This document shows, one piece after another, positions 16,545 through 23,447 of a stretch of DNA of 32,000 bases. The number at the start of each line of letters is the position of its first letter. The stretch's first letter is position 1. The notes beneath the pieces are model-generated. The model did no database searches. It saw only the letters and a program-made list of their open reading frames with translations, and had not been told where the DNA came from. Both the position numbers and the translations under genes were made by a program. Source of the stretch: Haloferax volcanii DS2 (GTDB lineage Archaea > Halobacteriota > Halobacteria > Halobacteriales > Haloferacaceae); assembly GCF_000025685.1 (NCBI RefSeq), contig NC_013968.1, forward strand, positions 1 through 32,000, given 5' to 3'.

Positions 16545-16875
16545 ATTCTGCTTTAACTTCGACCTTCGGGACGCCATCGTTGAAGGTGTGTGAGACGGTG
16601 TGGTCTTTTGTCTCCGCGGTCGTGTCGTAGGCGAGCGTCATCATCGGGTTGTCGTTATCGTGCCACTTTGCCTCGCCAGCGGGAGTGTAGTCGACGTTCG
16701 TGATTTTACCCGATTCGTAGCGTTCGAGTCCCTGCCCGTTGAGGTACATGACGTGGAACTCTGCGCCGTTGAGGTCGACGTCACCCTCGAATAGCTCGCG
16801 GGCATCCTCGTCGTCCGCGAGTCGGTGGACGTTCTCCGCATCTGCGTCAACATTGGCGTTGATGTCTACTGCCAT
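16545..16875 (-). pseudogene. 5' portion (110 codons) of the split cassette-driven gene; continues at 4602..5341 (+)
   Basis: Starts MAVDINANV at a cassette ATG (16875). In the present arrangement the frame runs into the IS and ends 12 codons later at 16507. Confidence 0.7.
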
Positions 16876-16927
16876 CACATCTACAACATGGATTCCCACA
16901 CTTATAAAAATTACGCCATAACGTAAC
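16876..16927 (-). promoter_or_regulatory. Conserved promoter/start cassette
   Basis: On the minus strand: GTTACGTTATGGCGTAA palindrome, then TTTTTATAAG, TGTGGGAA and CCATGTTGTAGATGTG, immediately before ATGGCAGTAGAC. Confidence 0.55.
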
Positions 16928-17017
16928 AGAGTTGGGGACAGGTGGTGTTCAAAATGGATGTCGCTCGTCGGCAGGTGCCAAAATAAAATGGGTTCAGCGC
17001 CCGACACTCGGGCGCTC

Positions 17018-17512
17018 TTACTCGTCGGCGGCGATTGGGGTACGAACGACCTTCGTATCGCTATCAACGTCGTCACGACGCTTTTGAGAGTCTAATTCGG
17101 CTTTGCGGTTGCCCAGTTCCTGCGACTCAGATATATCCTCACGTGCGACTGCCCGGACGTTTCCGCTATCAAATGCTACGATAGGGCGGTAGTCGTCGTA
17201 GCCGCTGATTGCGTGGGCGGTGACGGTCCCGGTTAACGCGCCATCTAGCGGGGTATCGACTTCGACACGTGTTCCGTTTGGGAAGTCGACCGTCACGGCG
17301 TCCTCGACGGCGTTGATGGGTGCAAGTTCGGATTCCGGTCGGCCTGCCCGCTCGCGCGTTGCACCGCCAACTCCAACGGAGTAGGTGAACTCAAAGGGCA
17401 CGTCAACACCGGCATCGGTAACAAACCGAACCTTGCCGACTGCAATTTCACCGTCGTGAATCAGAGCTACGAGGTCGCCCGGAGCAAACCGTGCGACGCT
17501 GTCGGTGCTCAT
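17018..17512 (-). CDS. Hypothetical protein (164 aa)
   Basis: ATG at 17512 overlaps the upstream stop in an ATGA junction. Third gene of a minus-strand operon headed by a cassette. Confidence 0.6.
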   Translation of the reverse strand: MSTDSVARFAPGDLVALIHDGEIAVGKVRFVTDAGVDVPFEFTYSVGVGGATRERAGRPESELAPINAVEDAVTVDFPNGTRVEVDTPLDGALTGTVTAHAISGYDDYRPIVAFDSGNVRAVAREDISESQELGNRKAELDSQKRRDDVDSDTKVVRTPIAADE

Positions 17513-17709
17513 CGGCCACCCCACTCGAAGTATGCAAGCAGTTCCGCGGCGTCGACGACCGTGAGACGCGCGACGTGTTCGTGCGTGAACTTCTGTTGGT
17601 AGACGGCAATGACCTGCGAGGTCGTTTGCTCGCAGTCATCGCGTTCCCATCGCGAGAGGGGTTTCGCTGAGCGCTCGGTCTTAGTCCACTCGCCGGGATG
17701 TCCGTTCAA
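17509..17709 (-). CDS. Hypothetical protein (66 aa)
   Basis: Sits between two coupled ORFs on the same strand, with a consistent acidic composition. Confidence 0.5.
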   Translation of the reverse strand: MNGHPGEWTKTERSAKPLSRWERDDCEQTTSQVIAVYQQKFTHEHVARLTVVDAAELLAYFEWGGR

Positions 17710-17715
17710 TTCACC

Positions 17716-17973
17716 TCAGTCCTCGGAAACCATTGCGTTGAGGTCGTCGTAGTCGAGCGTAACGAGGTGAGAGCCGTCGTCAAGTTCCTGCGCGACTGTC
17801 ACCGCACCGCCGGTCATCGTGGCGAGCAGACGCGAATCATTGTCCCACGGGTCAACGACCTCGTAGCGGTCAAAGTGCCGGTAGCGGCCAGTCGCGGCTT
17901 CGACATCCACAACGTCGTCGATGCTTAGTTCAGGCTGGTACTTCGGCGCAAGTTCGTGATTCTCTGCTGCCAT
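17716..17973 (-). CDS. Hypothetical small acidic protein (85 aa), cassette-driven
   Basis: Starts MAAENHE at GTGATGGCAGCAGAG. Confidence 0.65.
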   Translation of the reverse strand: MAAENHELAPKYQPELSIDDVVDVEAATGRYRHFDRYEVVDPWDNDSRLLATMTGGAVTVAQELDDGSHLVTLDYDDLNAMVSED

Positions 17974-18075
17974 CACAGATACTACTACACACGCAAGTAA
18001 TTTAATAATTACGCTATATGGTTATGTCTCTATAGGGTAATTATTAAGTAAGTGGGGCTTCACGTAGTAGATGTG
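17974..18075. promoter_or_regulatory. Bidirectional promoter region with two cassette copies
   Basis: A 102-bp spacer lies between divergent ATGs at 17973 (-) and 18076 (+). It carries TAATTATTAA and GGTAATTATTAAG boxes, TTACGCTAT, and GTGGGG..CGTAGTAGATGTG. Confidence 0.6.
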
Positions 18076-18426
18076 ATGGCAGTAGACAGTCAACTCGAAA
18101 CTCGACTGGAAAGCGCGACTGGCATGATGAAAGTCGAATACACCGCTCCCGGTATGGCTACGGTCTACTCTTACCAGAGCGATAGCGAATACCCCGTTGA
18201 CCTTCTCAACTGGGTCTGCCCGTGTCAGGACCCCTGCGATGACTGCCGCCACCTGCTCCGGGCCGCGATGGAACTTGACCCCGACGAGATGAGCGTGCTT
18301 CTCACGAACGACTCTAACGAACTCAACCCCGGCGATGAGGACGGCGAACTCCAGACTGACGGTGGCGAGTGCGACTGCCCATGTTGTACGAGCGACATAG
18401 GCTTCCCCTGTTTCGACGCTTACTGA
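18076..18426 (+). CDS. SWIM-type zinc-finger protein (116 aa), cassette-driven
   Basis: 'WVCPCQDPCDDCRHLLRA' matches the CxC..CxH SWIM pattern. A second Cys cluster 'CDCPCCTSDIGFPCF' lies at the C-terminus. Confidence 0.7.
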   Translation: MAVDSQLETRLESATGMMKVEYTAPGMATVYSYQSDSEYPVDLLNWVCPCQDPCDDCRHLLRAAMELDPDEMSVLLTNDSNELNPGDEDGELQTDGGECDCPCCTSDIGFPCFDAY

Positions 18427-18642
18427 CGACGCCCCAAATCGGTCGCTACTCCTTTTTTCGGCGCACTTGCCGCGTATATACGAATCCATATACGTCTGGG
18501 ATTCCGTGACATGGCCGTTCTCACCCAAATTAGAGGTCTAAGAGCATCTCTGAATCACTATCCTGCGTGGTAATGTCTGAGAAACCTGTATCAAAATCAC
18601 TGCATCCTCTTCCTGTTCTATTCTACCGCTAGGTCAAAGGAG

Positions 18643-18852
18643 TTGAAGCGGGAAACAGTGAATTCCTATGTCCAATATTTTCCGCTTCACGAGCAAAGCG
18701 GGATTCAGGACTACGTTGTGTCTCACGAACTCGCTCACTTCAAGCACGACGAGCACTCAGATGCATTCTGGAATACCGTCGGGACGCTGGTTCCCGACTA
18801 TCGCAAAAGGCGTGAGTGGCTCCGCATTAAGGGTGGTCCTCTTACTGTATAA
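18643..18852 (+). pseudogene. 5'-truncated fragment of a DUF45/YgjP-type zinc metallopeptidase gene
   Basis: 'YVVSHELAHFKHDEHSDAFWNTVGTLVPDYRKRREWL' has the HExxH..FW signature. Only the C-terminal 60-70 residues are present, and the start is a non-canonical TTG. Confidence 0.65.
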
Positions 18853-18907
18853 CTCCAGTAGTCGCAATGCATAGCTTTTTCATCTTCGCAGGTGGTTGTT
18901 CTACCTA

Positions 18908-19882
18908 ATGAGCGAGTCCAATGTCGAGAAGGGTATTCTCGAAGCGTTTCGACGTGGGCTCAAAAGGGCGGTGAGCGACGCCCAGGGCGTCAATTGGAAT
19001 GGTGTTGATTCGATTAAAGAGCACAAACTGTTGCTTATGGGGATCCGGAATTTCCCCGAGGTCCAAGACCACGTTACTATTCAGTGGTACTTGGACGGTG
19101 ATATGCTCCCCCATCTTGACGATCAACCAGGTCCGATTCAGACAAACGCTGGTGTTTCGAGTGGGCCAATACCTGAAGTAGATGAAATTAAAGAGTTCTA
19201 TGCGGAAGAGATGGTCGAGCCCTTAGAGGATATACTAACGGCAGACACATTCTATTGGCTAAAAACATATTACGAGAATAGGGAAGTTCCATTCAAACAG
19301 GCGTATCTCGCAAACATGGATATACTCTTGCACATCACACAATGTGCTCGGTTCTGTGACCTAGAGTATCCTAATACGACGCTGCCAGAGGACCTAGTCT
19401 CACCTATCGAAGAGGCGTCAATCGATTTAAAGAGAGAGCTTATCAAATATCCACTATTCCGGAATTTACCACCGTTTGTGACCGAGTTCACACGCGTTGC
19501 GACACAAGTGATGACTTGGTTGGAAGAACAAGATCTTGAGAATCCAGATGATCGTGCCGAGTATACAACGCTACTCAACCATTTGGGTAGTTTCTATTAC
19601 AAAGGAGTGTGGCGACCGATCTCTAATCGAATTGGATACTACACCATTCATGGGCCGGCCGAAGAAGACGACCGAGAGTTCCATATCACCAATCTCAAAC
19701 GAGCTCGGCAAAACTTCCTGAAACTTTCAAATCAATTCCGTAGTCGAGCTAATGATTACGGTCTCCGCGTCGAAATTCGTAATGAGCGAATTCCGAAGCT
19801 TCGACCAGAAGAACGGAACTTCCAAGAGCTATTGCAGTGGGAACCTGAGGACGACACTGCTGAGCAAGTGACGACCGCGTAG
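18908..19882 (+). CDS. Hypothetical protein (324 aa) on a low-GC island
   Basis: Long ORF in an A/T-rich segment. I recognised no motif. It lies 4 nt upstream of the next ORF. Confidence 0.65.
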   Translation: MSESNVEKGILEAFRRGLKRAVSDAQGVNWNGVDSIKEHKLLLMGIRNFPEVQDHVTIQWYLDGDMLPHLDDQPGPIQTNAGVSSGPIPEVDEIKEFYAEEMVEPLEDILTADTFYWLKTYYENREVPFKQAYLANMDILLHITQCARFCDLEYPNTTLPEDLVSPIEEASIDLKRELIKYPLFRNLPPFVTEFTRVATQVMTWLEEQDLENPDDRAEYTTLLNHLGSFYYKGVWRPISNRIGYYTIHGPAEEDDREFHITNLKRARQNFLKLSNQFRSRANDYGLRVEIRNERIPKLRPEERNFQELLQWEPEDDTAEQVTTA

Positions 19883-19886
19883 CTAC

Positions 19887-20411
19887 ATGGATATCTCGGA
19901 TCTACCTTATCCGGATACCTCTCAATTTGAACACTACGGAATCGATAAACGACCAAGTAGGATATACATCGGTCGTGAATTCTTGAAATTCAGATACCAT
20001 GAAAACCCGTCAGATGATATAACGGTCACGAAACAGAACTACGTAGACGAATTTTTCGAACTTGTAGAAGGAATTGAACTACCGTTTCAAAAAGTATATA
20101 TAAACCAATCTACACTAACAGAAGTCGCTGTTTGGCTCCACCGTAATCAATCAGAGTTAGCAGCTGAGAAGTGCTTGACTGAAGCATTTGGTGAGAGTCC
20201 ACTTATAATTGAACCGACAACAACTACTGTCTTTCAGTCGGCGATTGACGCATTTGTCAAAGATTCTGATAAAGATCCGAATTTTGGAGAATACCTTGAC
20301 TATGCAACAATGCAGGAAGCCCAGATTGAACATATCCTCACTTGGGACTCTGACTTCTGTAGGTTCGGAGAACAGATAACGATGTTACCACATAAGATGT
20401 GGAATATGTAG
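19887..20411 (+). CDS. Hypothetical protein (174 aa) with a PIN-like C-terminal motif
   Basis: 'LDYATMQEAQIEHILTWDSDFCRF' resembles the C-terminal D..A...T.D.DF signature of PIN nucleases. The N-terminal acidic position is not evident (VYINQSTL). Confidence 0.55.
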   Translation: MDISDLPYPDTSQFEHYGIDKRPSRIYIGREFLKFRYHENPSDDITVTKQNYVDEFFELVEGIELPFQKVYINQSTLTEVAVWLHRNQSELAAEKCLTEAFGESPLIIEPTTTTVFQSAIDAFVKDSDKDPNFGEYLDYATMQEAQIEHILTWDSDFCRFGEQITMLPHKMWNM

Positions 20412-20436
20412 CTTGTGACTGCGAGATAGACAAAGT

Positions 20437-20728
20437 ATGACCGTATACTTGATTTCAGACACACATTTAGACGATCCAATGATCAACGAGATGTCTGACC
20501 GAGGATTCGATTCAGTCGAAGACATGAATGAAACGATTATAGCACGTGTCTTTTGTTCTCCACTCTGCCGCAACCATTACGAAGACACACTCGGCTCGAA
20601 TCGGGTCAGCGCTGTCGAGACTGCCTGAAAATCCCGTGGTGAGGCACGGGGATGCGTGTCCGCGACCAACTAACTCAAGTCGTGGACAGCTTGGTATTTC
20701 GAACAATACCATTTACCAGTTGTGTTGA
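20437..20728 (+). pseudogene. Decayed calcineurin-like metallophosphoesterase gene
   Basis: The N-terminus 'MTVYLISDTHLDDPMINEMSDRGFDSVEDMNETII' carries the D-x-H motif. The frame then degenerates. A second frame carries 'NPVVRHGD'. The total length is far below that of the family. Confidence 0.55.
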
Positions 20729-20883
20729 AATCCCAATCATATCAAATAAAGTACAAACAAGGTTCATCAATTTGTACGTTGGTACAGGTATTGAACTGCA
20801 ATTCTCACCGTGTTATCTTAGCTAGTTGAAACTACGTCACTGCTCAGAACTGGAGACAGATCTGTTATCGGACGAAAACGCAG

Positions 20884-21090
20884 TTAGAACAGCACAGATT
20901 TGCCGTAGCTCCCCACAACGAGTAGCAGCGCGAGCATCAGTACGAGGGCAGTGAACTTGCCGATGAGGTCCGCACCAAATAGGACCGCAGGGAGGGCAAG
21001 TGCGGCGACGAACACCGCGAAATATTTGATGAAGTCGATGCTGACGCGGACGGCTTTAACGAGTGGTGTTTTGATGATCTTCGGAATCAT
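20884..21090 (-). CDS. Small membrane protein (68 aa, two hydrophobic helices)
   Basis: 'MIPKIIKTPLVKAVRVSIDFIKYFAVFVAALALPAVLFGADLIGKFTALVLMLALLLVVGSYG'. The longer tracked ORF upstream of this Met is R/S/T-rich and implausible. Confidence 0.55.
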   Translation of the reverse strand: MIPKIIKTPLVKAVRVSIDFIKYFAVFVAALALPAVLFGADLIGKFTALVLMLALLLVVGSYGKSVLF

Positions 21091-21133
21091 GGTGTTTTCG
21101 TGGCCACGACGTGCGGAGGTGCGTATGGATATC

Positions 21134-21388
21134 TTACGTGCCCCCCTCTTCCGCCGCCTCGAGTAGTTCGTCAAGGTAGGCGGCGAGTTCATCGTCGTCG
21201 GGTTGTGGTCGGTACGGTGAGTCGGGGTCAACCGAGAGCAAGAGGTACACGGCGATTTCGTAGATCTCGTTGGTTTCGAGTCCGCGTTCATCGCGGAGAT
21301 CCTTCATTGCACCGTGTACTAAATTACTGACATGAAAATGCGGTCGTGTCCCATTGTTCCCTGCCATGGTTCGTTGTTGAGTCGGCAT
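21134..21388 (-). CDS. Small putative RHH-like DNA-binding protein (84 aa; alternative start at 21367)
   Basis: 'HFHVSNLVHGAMKDLRDERGLETNEIYEIAVYLLL' has a strand-helix-helix pattern and an acidic tail. It is divergent from the transfer-like operon. Confidence 0.5.
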   Translation of the reverse strand: MPTQQRTMAGNNGTRPHFHVSNLVHGAMKDLRDERGLETNEIYEIAVYLLLSVDPDSPYRPQPDDDELAAYLDELLEAAEEGGT

Positions 21389-21541
21389 ACCAAAAATGTG
21401 GTGTGACGCCCACTAATAGGTCTTGGACGTTGTACCAATATGTCCATACACCACAGTACCCAACTTTTATGGTAGACAGACGACATGAATTAGACAGGCG
21501 GTGAGGGGGTGAGGCCCCGATGACCCCGCGACCAACTGACC

Positions 21542-22072
21542 ATGACAGAATCAAACGACGTCCCCAAAGATGGGGACGTAACCGAAGATGAGACGGCCCC
21601 GCTATACGCGCGGGTGGCCGAGCGTGCGGACAAAAAGTTTGAACAATTCGAGAGAAGAGTCGCAGAACGCCTCTCGGTTCGACAGGCCAAGGCGCTGACG
21701 ACCATAGTCGGAATTACAGCACTCGGGTCGACGAGTGCAGCAGCACAGTCGCTGGGCGAGTTTGGCGATGCCATGTGCGGAACTGGCCTCGGTCAGCTCA
21801 TCGGCTTCGTGTTCATTGGGGCCGCCATGTACCTATTCATCAAGGCGGTGATGAAGGGCATGACCGCGATGGAGAAGATGAACTCGACCAAGCAGGGCCA
21901 GCAGCACGAGGGTAAACAGCAACTCGTCGACGCTGGAACGACCTTCTCCGGTGTGTTCATTCCGGCACTCGCCGCAGGGGTCACGGAAATTATGGGCATG
22001 AACACGGTATCCTGCCTTGCGCCGTCCTCGTGGAGTGTCGTTGGAACGGTCATCGTCGGTGTCCCCTTCTAG
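21542..22072 (+). CDS. VirB2/TrbC-like pilin candidate (176 aa)
   Basis: A long hydrophilic leader is followed by the hydrophobic segment 'ALTTIVGITALGSTSAAAQS', ending in an A-x-A-like site. Two hydrophobic helices then flank a basic/polar loop 'KGMTAMEKMNSTKQGQQHEGKQQ'. Confidence 0.55.
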   Translation: MTESNDVPKDGDVTEDETAPLYARVAERADKKFEQFERRVAERLSVRQAKALTTIVGITALGSTSAAAQSLGEFGDAMCGTGLGQLIGFVFIGAAMYLFIKAVMKGMTAMEKMNSTKQGQQHEGKQQLVDAGTTFSGVFIPALAAGVTEIMGMNTVSCLAPSSWSVVGTVIVGVPF

Positions 22073-22133
22073 GGGGCAACGATGAGGACCAATAGTATCG
22101 CTGTTCGGCTGACTCAATCTTTAATTTCAATAG

Positions 22134-23411
22134 ATGACCGGGAGTAACAACGCTCGTGTCGGCGGTGGTGGCTTCCGCCCACCTTCGGGCGGTGGCGGGT
22201 CACCACCCAATGATGGTGGTGGTGGAGGCGGTGGTGGCGGGGGAAACGTCGTTCCCGAGTTGGATATTGACCCGGTCGAGTTCGTCACCGAGGCGTTCGC
22301 CGGGTTTGTCGAGTCGTTCGCGAACGGTATCGGTGATGTTCTGGATGCGTTCCAGCACCTCGTGTTCGGTATCAACGCACCTGGTAGCACTACCGACCCC
22401 GCGACGTGGGGAGCACCCGAGGGCGGCCTCTGGTCCGGCGCATGGTGGCTATTCTGGACACTAGCCCCTCTCGCCATTGTCGTGTTGACTATGCAGGCGA
22501 TGAGTGTCGCCGGACGAGAGAATACCCGCGAAGGGAAGGCGAAACTGTGGGAGATCGGAAAGGCCGCCGTGATGGTCTTCGTCGGGTGGCCGGTCGCAAT
22601 CGGCGGCCTCCACCTATTCGACGCCATCTCGATGGGCCTCGTCCCAGATGGGACAGAGTTCATGTCGACGCCAGGGAGCGTCTCGAAACTCGGCCTTGGC
22701 CTCGTAGTCGGCGCATGCATGCTGGCATTTCAGTCGGGAACGATGGTCGTGGCAATTGGCGTGGTCCTCGCAGAACACGTTCTGCTCATCGCCGCTGTCG
22801 CAGGCTGGCCTATCTGGTGGGCGATGAAGCCTGCGGACAACGGATTTTCGAATGCGGCGTCGGGTATTGGCCTCTCGATGTACTTCGGGGTCGCTGGAGC
22901 AAAGGTCGTTCAAGCGGCTATCGCTGCTCTCATCTTCAACACCAGTTGGGAGATCGCGAACGTCAGCGAGACGTTCGTTACGGTGGTCGCATCGGGCGTC
23001 GGCCTACTGGTTGCGTTCGTTGGTATTCCCATCGTCGTTGGGCGCAACTTCATACCAGAGGCGATGACGGTCCTTGGGTCGCCCGCAGTCTCGGTAGCCG
23101 AGGACTACGCTACTCGCGGTCGTGAGACTGCGGCAGACGCGGCCAACGAGTATGCGTCAAGTGCGCGTGCGAACGTGCGCTCTAAGATGCCCAACTCGGT
23201 CCCGTCGCCGTCGTGGGCATCGGGTTCGAGTAGTCGGTGGGCCGGCGAGGTTCCCGAAGACTACTCGCCGTCCCCCGAACCGGGCGCATCAACGAGCGGG
23301 TCAACCATGAGCGAGACAGCGCGCGAACTCCCCGGTGAAACGAGTGAGAGTCAAGCAAGCAGTCAGAAGCGACGCATCGACAACCGCCTCAATAACAGAG
23401 GTGCGTACTGA
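22134..23411 (+). CDS. VirB6/TrbL-like polytopic membrane protein (425 aa) with a poly-Gly N-terminus
   Basis: It has roughly 6-7 hydrophobic helices. The N-terminus is 'GGGGFRPPSGGGGSPPNDGGGGGGGGGGN' and the C-terminal tail is hydrophilic and S/P-rich. It sits between the pilin-like gene and the VirB4-like gene. Confidence 0.55.
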   Translation: MTGSNNARVGGGGFRPPSGGGGSPPNDGGGGGGGGGGNVVPELDIDPVEFVTEAFAGFVESFANGIGDVLDAFQHLVFGINAPGSTTDPATWGAPEGGLWSGAWWLFWTLAPLAIVVLTMQAMSVAGRENTREGKAKLWEIGKAAVMVFVGWPVAIGGLHLFDAISMGLVPDGTEFMSTPGSVSKLGLGLVVGACMLAFQSGTMVVAIGVVLAEHVLLIAAVAGWPIWWAMKPADNGFSNAASGIGLSMYFGVAGAKVVQAAIAALIFNTSWEIANVSETFVTVVASGVGLLVAFVGIPIVVGRNFIPEAMTVLGSPAVSVAEDYATRGRETAADAANEYASSARANVRSKMPNSVPSPSWASGSSSRWAGEVPEDYSPSPEPGASTSGSTMSETARELPGETSESQASSQKRRIDNRLNNRGAY

Positions 23412-23447
23412 CGCATTCGGTCTTTTATACTCATACTTCAACGCACA

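Noticed and set aside
22127-22720. 197-aa minus-strand ORF with a poly-proline run
   Set aside because: It is the mirror image of the poly-Gly tract of the VirB6-like gene on the plus strand and has no independent support.
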